Notes: generated by a model not told the origin, from the sequence alone. A DNA stretch of 64,000 nt from Spirochaetia bacterium (GCA_963666985.2 CAXXIA010000001.1:64001-128000); one strand, 5' to 3'; counted from the first letter of the stretch, positions 19,076 through 28,226 are shown. Made by a program: numbers and translations.

Positions 19076-19978
19076 TTAACGGCCATGCCGGTTCTGTAAT
19101 TTGAAATAGACCGACGATATCACGACGACGATGAGCAGCATGACAATCGATAAGGCGGCCGAGTAACCCAATTTGTAATAATCGAAACCCGTCTTGTAGA
19201 TATACGTCCCGATGACCTGAGCGGATTTCGGCGGGACGGCCGTCGCCATCACGAGGAAGGGATCGATGACCCGGAACGCGTCGATGAGGTTCAGCATGAC
19301 TACAATGCCGATGAAAGGGCGAATAAGCGGCAGAGTAATCAATGAGGCGATTTGCAGCCGGTTTGCGCCGTCTATTTTTGCCGCTTCCATGATTTGTCCC
19401 GGGATGTTTCTGATGGAAGCCGAATAGACAACCAAACCGAACCCAAAACCTTTCCATACGGACGCCGCGGCGATCGAGAGCATGGCCGTGGAAGGATCTC
19501 CGAGCCAGTTGCGCGTTAAGGCCGACAATCCTATGGTCCTGAGGGCGATGTTAAGCATCCCGTCGTAGGGATTTAGGAGGCGTTTCCACAAGAAACCGAC
19601 AACAACCCATGACAAGATGAATTGGCTGAACAGCAGGAATCGATAAACCTCGCGCCCCTTTACATTCCCGGTCGAAACATCGCTTTCCAGGAGAAGCGCC
19701 AGCAGAAGGGCAACGATATTCCCGATGACGATTGTATACAGTGCATAAAGGGAATTATTGAGAAGGGATGTCCAGAATGTTCCGTCCGAAAAAATCTGCA
19801 GGTAGTGGTCCAATGCAACGAAATCCATTTTCCCGAGTCCGTTCCACGAGAAGAAGCTGAGAACCAGAGAACAGCAGAGGGGAATGATGAAAAAGAGACC
19901 GAATATCGCCAATGCAGGAACGAGGAATAATCGGCCCCAAAAGACCGTTTTCTGTATCGGTTTACTTGTATTTTTCAC
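19076..19978 (-). CDS. Carbohydrate ABC transporter permease (MalF-like)
   Basis: WLGDP, IMEAAKIDGA, ITLPLIRP and GYSAALS. Confidence 0.9.
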   Translation of the reverse strand: MKNTSKPIQKTVFWGRLFLVPALAIFGLFFIIPLCCSLVLSFFSWNGLGKMDFVALDHYLQIFSDGTFWTSLLNNSLYALYTIVIGNIVALLLALLLESDVSTGNVKGREVYRFLLFSQFILSWVVVGFLWKRLLNPYDGMLNIALRTIGLSALTRNWLGDPSTAMLSIAAASVWKGFGFGLVVYSASIRNIPGQIMEAAKIDGANRLQIASLITLPLIRPFIGIVVMLNLIDAFRVIDPFLVMATAVPPKSAQVIGTYIYKTGFDYYKLGYSAALSIVMLLIVVVISSVYFKLQNRHGR

Positions 19979-20000
19979 AAAAAGCTCAATTAGCTCTAAA

Positions 20001-20040
20001 TGGTATATGGTATATTATATGGTAAAAGTGTATGTTTCAA
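20001..20040 (-). promoter_or_regulatory. Promoter of the cassette operon with TGGTATA direct repeats (candidate operator)
   Basis: TTGAAA-17 nt-TAATAT on the minus strand. Plus strand has TGGTATA at 20001 and 20008 and TGGTAAA at 20020, overlapping the -10 region. Confidence 0.5.
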
Positions 20041-20155
20041 GTGTTTTTGAATAAATTATTGAGATATTCATCGAATTTCCCTAGAATATCGCATCAGTGA
20101 TGCAGAAGCGGCAGGAAGCCTTACCTAAAATTTCTGAAGCAATCGGAAACAGTTA

Positions 20156-21211
20156 ATGCCAATAGAAAACAAGCAAAACGGAATCGTCAGAATCCTGGAA
20201 CAGCGTATCGCGGATGGCATATATACGAACTCTCTTCCAAAGACCGGCGACCTTAAGGAAGAATTCGACGTCAACCTCAAGACCTTGAACAAGGCGATTC
20301 TTCGATTGGTCGATAGGGGGCTCGTTTACAGAAAGCCCGGTAAGGGCACGTTTGTCGCAAAAGCTCCCGAAAAGGTTGAAGACACTCTCATCGAACTACT
20401 GTTCGTCGGTTCTTCCGAAATGTTCATCCATCCGTTTTACAGCGACATGTGGAGGGGGCTTCTCGATGGAATTGAAGGCGCCGGATATAAGCTTGTCTTG
20501 ACGTCTCTCGAGGAGAACGAAAAGAGGGGAGGCCTGAAACGAGTCTGCCAGGATACGATTTCGTCCGCAGCGAAAATTCTCGTTGGAACGAATAACGCGG
20601 AGCAACTGAAGATCCTGAAGAAAAGCAAAGTTCCTATTTTGCTCGTGGGGGAAAAAACGGACCTTCCGGATGTCGTGGCCGTGTATACCGATATCAGGGA
20701 AGCGGTTTCGGAGGCCGTCCGTTATCTTCGGAAGAAGCGGATCGACGATATCGCCTTCATCGGTCAGACCGCAGCCGACGGTGAGCATCTTTGGAATCTG
20801 GACAAATTCCATTCGTACTTGGAAGAGATCCAAAGAAAAGGCGGCATCAACAGCGACCTCATCATCAATACGCCGTCTTTCGCCCGTTTCGGATATTCGT
20901 CCATGAAGGCAATACTGGACAAGCAAATCCCCCAGGCGGTCATTTCTGCGTATGATCATCTTGTTCCCGGAATCTATGAGGCGATCAAGGAACGAAATCT
21001 GTCGATTCCGGACGACATCAGCGTCATCGGGATCGACGGCTTGGATTTAAACTTGCACCCCAAGTTGACCAGCATCCCCGTTAATCGATATCAAATCGGC
21101 TTGACCGCCGGCCGGCAGATTGTCGCCATGATCCGGAATCCGCGGAAGAAATATCAATCGACCATCTTATCAACGACCTTTGATCCGAAATCCGGAGAAT
21201 CTGTAAGATGA
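20156..21211 (+). CDS. GntR-HTH / LacI-type effector-domain transcriptional regulator (AraR-like architecture)
   Basis: N-terminal winged HTH ending RKPGKGTFV and a C-terminal sugar-binding domain (IPDDISVIGIDG, LTSI). Divergent from the transporter operon. Confidence 0.88.
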   Translation: MPIENKQNGIVRILEQRIADGIYTNSLPKTGDLKEEFDVNLKTLNKAILRLVDRGLVYRKPGKGTFVAKAPEKVEDTLIELLFVGSSEMFIHPFYSDMWRGLLDGIEGAGYKLVLTSLEENEKRGGLKRVCQDTISSAAKILVGTNNAEQLKILKKSKVPILLVGEKTDLPDVVAVYTDIREAVSEAVRYLRKKRIDDIAFIGQTAADGEHLWNLDKFHSYLEEIQRKGGINSDLIINTPSFARFGYSSMKAILDKQIPQAVISAYDHLVPGIYEAIKERNLSIPDDISVIGIDGLDLNLHPKLTSIPVNRYQIGLTAGRQIVAMIRNPRKKYQSTILSTTFDPKSGESVR

Positions 21212-21222
21212 ATATTCAAAAC

Positions 21223-22032
21223 CTATCGATATTCCAATGAGTGACTGAAAAGCCACGGGAAGAGCGCCTCATCCGTATAACAGGGGCCGGGTGTGTGTCC
21301 CATCCCTGTGTATTCACTGTATTTGAACATGGGATGGAAGATGCGTGTGAGTGTGACGGTCGTTCGTTCATATCCTGTGAAGGTATCGGAAGCCGATGTT
21401 TCAAAGGCGCATGCGTTGCATGCATAGGAACGCATGTTTTCCAGGGCTTCTCGGGCAACCTCGACTCTGGTTTCGGTATCGGAGAGACCGATGTGATACC
21501 AAAGGGCGGTTTTCTTTGCAATGTCGTTTCCCAAATCGGACTGACTCTGACCGGCAACCCGAATAATGGCCGCAAAGTACAGATTCTCCGCATACAGCCC
21601 CTTGGCCAAAGGATAGCTGCCCGATTCTCCGGCGGAAAATCCGGTTAAATAGAGACGGTTTGTATCAATCCTGAACCCTGCGTCTATGGCGCTTTTAATC
21701 CATTCTCCCAGAGCCTGTCCGTCGGACTCAGAGGTCTGCTGATAATCAATAACGAAGGCCGGATAGACCTGTGCCGCCCGGCTGTAATAATAACTTTGTC
21801 CCTCTCCCCAGCAGCCGGAAACCAAGAGGGGGTATTTTCGAAAGGCATTTTCGAACTTTTCGTATCCCCAGGGAGTAAAAAAACTCAGCCCTTCGTGAAT
21901 TACTTCCTCCGGAGCATCGGCGTCTTCGAAGGTCTCTTCTTGAGTTTGAGCGAAATTGTTGTCCCACGGATTGACGCATGAACAAAGAGAAGAAAGGCAG
22001 ATGAGGGCAAAGACTCTGTTTCCGATTTTCAT
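21223..22032 (-). CDS. Putative lipoprotein with an alpha/beta-hydrolase (esterase-like) fold
   Basis: Lipobox-like LCSC, nucleophile elbow LYLTGFSAG, and candidate Asp (GLSD) and His (GMGH). Confidence 0.7.
   Translation of the reverse strand: MKIGNRVFALICLSSLCSCVNPWDNNFAQTQEETFEDADAPEEVIHEGLSFFTPWGYEKFENAFRKYPLLVSGCWGEGQSYYYSRAAQVYPAFVIDYQQTSESDGQALGEWIKSAIDAGFRIDTNRLYLTGFSAGESGSYPLAKGLYAENLYFAAIIRVAGQSQSDLGNDIAKKTALWYHIGLSDTETRVEVAREALENMRSYACNACAFETSASDTFTGYERTTVTLTRIFHPMFKYSEYTGMGHTPGPCYTDEALFPWLFSHSLEYR
21224..21268. repeat. 45-bp direct repeat, right copy (current 3' end of the lipoprotein gene)
   Basis: Identical at 44 of 45 positions to 11289-11333. Encodes ALFPWLFSHSLEYR and part of the stop codon. 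Confidence 0.92.
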
Positions 22033-22136
22033 TTTCTTCCTTGTTTCAGGAAAAAATAGCGCGTTTTTTCGTTATGTCCAAGGCCTCAAAGGGGCTTACA
22101 AGATGTGCTGGGGAAAGGTTCGTGAAGTTGTGTTTT

Positions 22137-22271
22137 TGGCGGGAGGGCAGGACTCGCCTTCCACTCGCCGTCGTCGTGACGGCTCCTTCCAGGCCGCTGG
22201 TTCAACCTTCCTCGACTTGCTGTCTCGGATCGCTTCCTATTCGGTCGCGACCGGTTTCACCCTTCGAGTCC
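22137..22271 (-). repeat. tRNA-associated structured element ending in a tRNA 3'-end mimic
   Basis: Minus strand starts GGACTCGAA (reverse complement of the T-arm TTCGAGTCC) and ends CGAGTCCTGCCCTCCCGCCA, similar to the 3' end CGAGTCCTGCCCCTGCTA of the adjacent tRNA. Confidence 0.5.
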
Positions 22272-22282
22272 TTTTTATCGAC

Positions 22283-22324
22283 AAAAAAAGACCGGAAGCC
22301 CTTTTTAGGACATCCGGTCTTTTT
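22283..22324 (-). terminator. Terminator downstream of tRNA-fMet
   Basis: AAAAAAAGACCGGA-loop-TCCGGTCTTTTT, symmetric, with a T-tract on both strands. Confidence 0.7.
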
Positions 22325-22396
22325 AGCAGGGGCAGGACTCGAACCTGCGACCTCCGGGTTATGAGCCCGACGAGCTGCCAACTGCTCTACCCTGCG
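22324..22396 (-). tRNA. Initiator tRNA-Met (CAT)
   Basis: Cloverleaf CGCAGGG...CTCATAA...TTCGAGT...CCCTGCTA. The unpaired C1:U72 and three consecutive G-C anticodon-stem pairs indicate an initiator tRNA. CCA is not encoded. Confidence 0.95.
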
Positions 22397-22408
22397 GCGT
22401 GCCTGAAG

Positions 22409-22437
22409 AAGATATCGACGTAAGGAATAAATGTCAA
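22409..22437 (-). promoter_or_regulatory. sigma70 promoter of tRNA-fMet
   Basis: TTGACA-17 nt-TATCTT. Confidence 0.75.
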
Positions 22438-22665
22438 CCGAAGCGGAAAATATTCTTGGAATCTCGTTGCGTTTGAGTGTTCTTGAGAGGATTGAAGACC
22501 TTCGGAAACCGAATGGAAGGAGTCTTCTTTTTGAGAATGTAATAATCCTGATTCAGCGGTGCGGCTCGGTGTGTTCCTGAACCGCCGGTCCTCCGGAGAG
22601 AGGTCCGGCAGAAGAGTTTTGAAGTTGAGAAGGCGCTTCAATGGTGCTTAGGGCTTTATTCTCTT

Positions 22666-23355
22666 TTACCGGCCGGAGCGGCCGCTTCTCAAGTCGTCCT
22701 TGCGGGCATTCCGCAGCCGGGCGATAAGAATGGCGTATCCGATGAAAAGGATTGGAACGATCAGAACGGAAGGAACGGCGGAATCCATCAGAAACCAATC
22801 ATAGGTTCCGTGAATGATTACGGCGATTAGAAAAGCCGCCGCAACGCTGCCCTTCGAGGTTACGATAAAGCGGCCGATGGAGAGGCCCATGAGTCCTCCG
22901 CAGAGGGCGTGCAGGGGCACCGCCGTGAGGCCGCGGATTAATGCGACGGCAACAGGGTAGTCTTCTCCGAAAACGTAGAAGATGTTCTCCGTTAACGCAA
23001 AACCCATGGCGACGGCGATTCCGTAGACCGCCCCGTCCAGGACTTCGTCGAATTCCCGGCGGCGGCGGACAAGAATCAGCATTAAGACCTGCTTGACTCC
23101 CTCTTCCACGACGGCGACGCCCAAAAAAGCCGTGGAAATGATTACCAGGGGCTCCGGCAGAAGAGTGCAGAGCGGAACGGAGACCATTTCAAGAAGAGCG
23201 GCGATAAGCGGCGATGCCGTTCCCAAGAAAAAAAGTTTCAGGATAAGCCCGCGCGGTTCTTTTTTAAATCGGTCGAAACGGTCCGCGGCCCAAAGAAAGG
23301 CCAGGCAGGGCAGAGCGGCGGCGGCCAGAATAACGGCGCCGTAGGCGGTGCTCAT
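22666..23355 (-). CDS. PrsW-family intramembrane metalloprotease
   Basis: VVEEGVK, DGAVYG, GFALTEN, PLHAL and HGTYD motifs. Confidence 0.88.
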   Translation of the reverse strand: MSTAYGAVILAAAALPCLAFLWAADRFDRFKKEPRGLILKLFFLGTASPLIAALLEMVSVPLCTLLPEPLVIISTAFLGVAVVEEGVKQVLMLILVRRRREFDEVLDGAVYGIAVAMGFALTENIFYVFGEDYPVAVALIRGLTAVPLHALCGGLMGLSIGRFIVTSKGSVAAAFLIAVIIHGTYDWFLMDSAVPSVLIVPILFIGYAILIARLRNARKDDLRSGRSGR

Positions 23356-24407
23356 GAGAGAAGTTCATCCAGGATGGAAAGAAGACGCATGTTGTTCTCC
23401 CTCGTTCCGAAGGTGTATCGGATCATCTTTGGAAGTCCGAAGGATTTTAAGTCCCGAACGGCTATACCGCGCTCGGCGATGGGTTTCCACAAACCGGCAA
23501 TCTCCTGGTTCAGATCGATACAGATGAAGTTGGCCTGTGTCGGATAGTAGGAGAGATTTCTCTTATCGAGTTCTTTGTAGAGAAAGGCTTTCTCGGTTCG
23601 AACCAGATCCAGAGTGCGTTCTTTGTGCTCGGTATCATTCAGGGAGGCCAAGGCCGCGGCTTGGGCCAGATTGTTCACGTTGAACGGCATGGAAGCACGA
23701 TCGGCTCCGCCGATTATTTCCGGATTTCCCACGGCGTAACCGACCCGAAGACCGGCCAGCCCGTAAAGTTTGGAAAAAGTCCTGGTTACAACCAGATTCG
23801 GATACGCGTTCAGCAGGGTGCTCGAATCGGGAAAATCGGATTCATCGGCAAAATCCGCATAGGCTTCGTCCAGGATTACGATTACGCCGCCGGGGATTTT
23901 CTCCAGGAATCCGACGATTTCATCATGGGTAAGATAGGTTCCGGTGGGATTGTTCGGATTACAGAGAAAAATCAGCCGTGTGTTTCCGTCGATAAGTGAG
24001 AGCATGGCTTCCAAATCAAAGCGGCCGTCCGAAAGGTTGGTTTCCCTCATTTCCGCGTTAAAGAGCCTCACCGCGTAACGATATTGACTGAAGGTTTGCC
24101 TGGTGCTTACGGCGTTTTCTCCGGGGCCTATCCAGGCCGCGGCCAAAAGAGCGAAAACTTCATCGCTGCCGTTGGCCACCAGAAGATTGTTCGTCCCGAC
24201 ATCCCAGATTCCGGCCAGAGATTCTTTGAGCAGACTCGATGCGCCGTCGGGATAGCGATGGACACCGTCCAGAACATCCCGGATCGCCTGAACGGCCGCG
24301 GGCGAAGGACCCAGCGGATTTTCGTTTGAGGAGAGCTTCACGGCTCCCGGGATGGTTTTTCCCGGAGCATAGGCTTCCATGGTTTTAATATTGGCTTTGA
24401 GTCTCAT
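23352..24407 (-). CDS. hisC: Histidinol-phosphate aminotransferase
   Basis: KLSSNENP, NGSDE, CNPNNPTG, DEAY and RTFSKLYGLAGLRVGY. Confidence 0.93.
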   Translation of the reverse strand: MRLKANIKTMEAYAPGKTIPGAVKLSSNENPLGPSPAAVQAIRDVLDGVHRYPDGASSLLKESLAGIWDVGTNNLLVANGSDEVFALLAAAWIGPGENAVSTRQTFSQYRYAVRLFNAEMRETNLSDGRFDLEAMLSLIDGNTRLIFLCNPNNPTGTYLTHDEIVGFLEKIPGGVIVILDEAYADFADESDFPDSSTLLNAYPNLVVTRTFSKLYGLAGLRVGYAVGNPEIIGGADRASMPFNVNNLAQAAALASLNDTEHKERTLDLVRTEKAFLYKELDKRNLSYYPTQANFICIDLNQEIAGLWKPIAERGIAVRDLKSFGLPKMIRYTFGTRENNMRLLSILDELLS

Positions 24408-24420
24408 GCAAGTTTCCTTT

Positions 24421-26028
24421 TTATTGATTCACATTATTGGTGGATACCATGGGCGGAAGGAGTCTTTCAAGTTCCATGTAAAGTTCATTGGGGCGCAGAG
24501 GTTTGCTGATCCATCCGTCCATACCGGATTCCATCGCCATACTGCGCTCTTCTTCCATGACATGGGCGGTCAGGGCCACGATGGGTGTTCGCTTCATTCC
24601 GCTTTGCCGTTCTAAATCTCTAATTTTTCGAGTCGCCGCAATTCCATCCATAACAGGCATCTGGAGGTCCATCAGAATGGCCGCCGGGGCGTTCCGTTTC
24701 CAGGCGTAGAGGGCTTCGTTTCCATCAAGGCAGGAAATCACGTTGAATCCCACGCGCTTGAGAAGGTTCTCGGCCACCAGCCTGTTGACGCGGTTATCTT
24801 CCGCCAGAAGGATTTTTATTCCGTTCCAGGAAGGCGGTGTTTTTCCGGCCGGCCATTTCGTTTCTTGTGATTTCGTCTTTGCGGTATGCTCTTCATCAGG
24901 AGATTCTCCGATTCCGACACGAATGGTGAATCGGAAGATTGATCCTTTATCCGGTGTGCTTTCGGCCTTTAAGTCGCCGCCCATGAGCTTGGCAAGAGTT
25001 CTGCTGATCGCCAAACCCAAACCGGTGCCGCCGTATTTTCGGCTGATTTCGGCATTGCTCTGCGTAAAGGGTTCAAAAAGAGATTCGAGTTTATCCCTTT
25101 CTATTCCGATTCCCGTATCGATTACCGAATATTCAAGAACAACTTCGGTTTGATCGTTTTCAAGATTTTGCGGCGGACACGAGAGTTTTACCGTAATCCC
25201 GCCTTTATCGGTGAATTTTACGGAATTGCCGACCAGATTGATGATGATCTGCCGAATGCGTGTAGGATCGCCGACGATGTATTCGGGAATGTCGGAATCG
25301 ATCTCGCTGGTCAGAGTGATTCCTTTCTCTTCGGCTCCGGTCCGTAAGAGGACAAGGGATTCTTCGATATGATCCCGAAGGCTGAAAGTCAGCCGTTCAA
25401 GCTCCATCCGTTCGGATTCCAATTTCGTGAAATCGAGGATGTCGTTGATAATCGTCAGAAGCGATTCCGATGCGTTCTTTATCACTTCAAGATACTCGCC
25501 GACAACGCCGGGAGGATCGGCCTGCAGGGCCAAATCGGTCATGCCCATGATGCCGTTCATCGGCGTTCTGATTTCATGGCTCATGCGGGCCAGAAATTTT
25601 CTGCGGGCTTCGGCCTCGGCTTCGGCTATCTCCCGGGCCTGTTCCGTGGCGGTTTCCCGGTGTTCCCAACTGGTAATATCCCTGAACAGATAAACGATTT
25701 TCGGATCAACCGAAACACGGCGATAGGGAAGAATCCGCATATCGAAGTAGCGAAATCCCCATCCCGGAAGGATGATGGATTTCCGTTTCATATAAACGGG
25801 GATTCCCGTGGCCAGAGCCTTGGTCCCCTGATCAACCAGAACGGCGGCAATATCGGGCGGCAGGAGTCTGTTCAAAGGCTTCCCGGCGGCCGCGATACGC
25901 GGAATGCGGACCAGATAGGAAGCCGTTTCATTCATCTGAAGGACGGACCCCTCAATGTCGGTAATGAATACCGCCTCTTCCAAATCGTCGAAAAGACTTT
26001 TAAGAAGTTCCGGAGGAATGTCGGTCAT
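24421..26028 (-). CDS. Cytoplasmic PAS-domain hybrid sensor histidine kinase / response regulator
   Basis: N-terminal PAS, H-box MSHEIRTPMNG, N/G boxes (NLVGNSVKFT, DTGIG, GGTGLGL) and a receiver domain (AEDN, LMDLQMP, SKP). Confidence 0.92.
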   Translation of the reverse strand: MTDIPPELLKSLFDDLEEAVFITDIEGSVLQMNETASYLVRIPRIAAAGKPLNRLLPPDIAAVLVDQGTKALATGIPVYMKRKSIILPGWGFRYFDMRILPYRRVSVDPKIVYLFRDITSWEHRETATEQAREIAEAEAEARRKFLARMSHEIRTPMNGIMGMTDLALQADPPGVVGEYLEVIKNASESLLTIINDILDFTKLESERMELERLTFSLRDHIEESLVLLRTGAEEKGITLTSEIDSDIPEYIVGDPTRIRQIIINLVGNSVKFTDKGGITVKLSCPPQNLENDQTEVVLEYSVIDTGIGIERDKLESLFEPFTQSNAEISRKYGGTGLGLAISRTLAKLMGGDLKAESTPDKGSIFRFTIRVGIGESPDEEHTAKTKSQETKWPAGKTPPSWNGIKILLAEDNRVNRLVAENLLKRVGFNVISCLDGNEALYAWKRNAPAAILMDLQMPVMDGIAATRKIRDLERQSGMKRTPIVALTAHVMEEERSMAMESGMDGWISKPLRPNELYMELERLLPPMVSTNNVNQ

Positions 26029-28226
26029 GAACCGGCCTCCGCTGTCAGAATTTGGTAGGTAAAGTATAACGCGGCCAATGTATTCGCCGAATCGGCCCGA
26101 TCCGTCGGGAATTGCATGAGCGCATGAATCAAAGGAATCAGTTCCGGCGGGGGAGACGCCTCACTCAATGCCTTGAGGCAAAGACTCCATATTTTAACAT
26201 AGGACTTCAATTCCCACAGATCGGCCAATCGTTCGCCGTGTTCCAGTAAAAAGCGTGTGTCCCGCGATTCTTCGAGCAGCAGGTTGAGTCCCTGTCCTTT
26301 TTTGCTCATTTCCTCCCTGTAAAGGGTTCCCAGCGGCGGACTCATGCCGAACTGCCGCGAAACCAGGGTTAGCAAGGTTCGTTCCGATCTTTCTCCCGAA
26401 TCGGCGAACCGTGAGGATAGAACATCATCGAGGTAGCAACGATCGGGGTCCATGTAAAACAAAGCGATCATGAAGTCCAGCCGTTCGTGGAGATCATCGG
26501 TGCTCTTCCAGAGTTCCGAGACTTTCTCCAGGTGTTCCTTGGAACCGATTCGGCCCAGGCTTTTAGCCGCCGAGGCCCTGATTCTGGGATCTTTATCCCG
26601 GAGAAGTTCGGCCAGGAGTTTTTCAGTGGCTTCGCCCGGATACGCCCCCAGGGCGAAAACGGCTTTTTCCCGATGAAAAGATACCGGTTCGGCCGCTTCC
26701 TCTCTGAGAAAGTCGGCCAGTTCCGGCCTTTGTGTTAAAAAGAGGGCGTCGATAAGCTCGCCTTTTTCCTGCGAAAGCGGTTCGGCGAGGATTTTTTCAA
26801 TTTCGGATGAAGCAACGGGTGCCTGACTGTGCCCCACGGAATGAACGAGGATTCTTCGCTTTACCGGATCGGCCGTGTTCTCGAGATTGGAGATGTCCTG
26901 GAGGGTTTTCAGGTTGTCGATATTGAAAATAATCCGGGCCGATTCGGCCAGTCCCAGACTCCCGGGCTCTTCGACGCGGTACGCGATAAAAACTTGCGCA
27001 ATCGATCCGATGGCCGCGGGAAGGAACACCAGGCCGAAATCGTTGATGGGCAGAACGGCCGTCAGATTTTGCGATAAATCCGCCAGAAAACCCGCTCCAA
27101 ATCCCAAAATCAGCGCCAGGACGGATGTTACGAAGGTTTCCATGGAGTTGAATCCCACGGCGCTTTCATCCGGCGTAATATTCACCAGCAGACGGCTTGC
27201 CGTCAGATTCACCGCCTGCAGGAAAAACATCGTGGCGAAACCCGCGATGGCATACACTTCGATATTGAAGTGATCGGGTATGAAGGACCACCACAGAAAG
27301 AGCGGGACACAGGGAATTGCCGTATAGAACAGCATCGGCCGGCTGCCGGATGTATTGGCTATGGAACGGAGGGACATGCTGGAAAGAAACGCCGCGAGAC
27401 CCACGGCGATTGTGTAGAGGAAAATTCGGGCGGCATCCAGTCCCGCGGATCGTCGGAGAAAGGGCACGGCCATGGCAAAGAGAATAACCTGGGAAAGGGA
27501 AATCCATCGGAGAAAGAGGACGCGGCGGGTGGTCTTCGAATGCATGGAGCGGGAGAAAATCACCAGGAGGTTTTCACCTTTTACGTAATCCACTCTGGTT
27601 CTGTTCGGGATTCGCCTGAATGTAAATGCCGCCGCCATATTCGCCGCGAGACCCAATATCGGCAGAATGAGCAGACCGGCCAATTCACCGATTTGCCTGA
27701 TGGAAAGAATCCCGAAGCTGATTAATCGCGAGAGAATGGATGTACCCTGGAAAGAAGATGAATTCCGGAAAATTAAGTCGTTCTGCGTTCGGCTGATCGT
27801 CAGGCGTTTCTGGACGGTGTTTACCATGGAAACACCCGCCGTTCGCGACAGGCAGAAAAGAGCATAAACCGTCATGATAAGGGTAACAGCCGTTTTCCCT
27901 TGAAGATAGGGAAGAAAGACATAGGGCAAACATACGATTCCCCGGCATATCCAGGCCCAGAATCCGACGATAACCACGTTTTTCCCTTTGAAAATTCTGG
28001 GAACGACAAGCAGCACAATCCCCGAGATATACATCATAGCGGAGATGAGTCCCAGTTCCATGTTCCCGGCGCCGAAATAGATGGCTAAAAGCGTAACCGT
28101 CGCATCGCCGAGAAAGGAAATCCCAAGACCGTTGTATCCGGAAAAACGCAGAAAAAGCCGACCTCCGACGCGGCGTTCGGATCGAGAAAGATAAATCGTT
28201 CGCTGAGAATCGCTGAATTCACTCAT
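26025..28226 (-). CDS. MFS-like membrane protein fused to a C-terminal HEAT-repeat domain
   Basis: About 12 hydrophobic segments in the first ~420 aa, then HEAT-like repeats (REKAVFALG, DPRIRASAAKSLGRIG). Confidence 0.75.
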   Translation of the reverse strand: MSEFSDSQRTIYLSRSERRVGGRLFLRFSGYNGLGISFLGDATVTLLAIYFGAGNMELGLISAMMYISGIVLLVVPRIFKGKNVVIVGFWAWICRGIVCLPYVFLPYLQGKTAVTLIMTVYALFCLSRTAGVSMVNTVQKRLTISRTQNDLIFRNSSSFQGTSILSRLISFGILSIRQIGELAGLLILPILGLAANMAAAFTFRRIPNRTRVDYVKGENLLVIFSRSMHSKTTRRVLFLRWISLSQVILFAMAVPFLRRSAGLDAARIFLYTIAVGLAAFLSSMSLRSIANTSGSRPMLFYTAIPCVPLFLWWSFIPDHFNIEVYAIAGFATMFFLQAVNLTASRLLVNITPDESAVGFNSMETFVTSVLALILGFGAGFLADLSQNLTAVLPINDFGLVFLPAAIGSIAQVFIAYRVEEPGSLGLAESARIIFNIDNLKTLQDISNLENTADPVKRRILVHSVGHSQAPVASSEIEKILAEPLSQEKGELIDALFLTQRPELADFLREEAAEPVSFHREKAVFALGAYPGEATEKLLAELLRDKDPRIRASAAKSLGRIGSKEHLEKVSELWKSTDDLHERLDFMIALFYMDPDRCYLDDVLSSRFADSGERSERTLLTLVSRQFGMSPPLGTLYREEMSKKGQGLNLLLEESRDTRFLLEHGERLADLWELKSYVKIWSLCLKALSEASPPPELIPLIHALMQFPTDRADSANTLAALYFTYQILTAEAGS

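Larger units (their letters stand above)
11289..21268. mobile_element. Putative integrated metabolic island (glycyl-radical sugar utilisation cassette) with no integrase
   Basis: Bounded by the 45-bp direct repeats. Contains a self-contained set of regulator, ABC transporter, hydrolase, GRE and activase. No recombinase ORF is visible inside. Confidence 0.65.

Noticed and set aside
11289..22396. Integrase, transposase or prophage genes associated with the island or tRNA
   Set aside because: No ORF with tyrosine or serine recombinase or DDE motifs is visible anywhere in the window.
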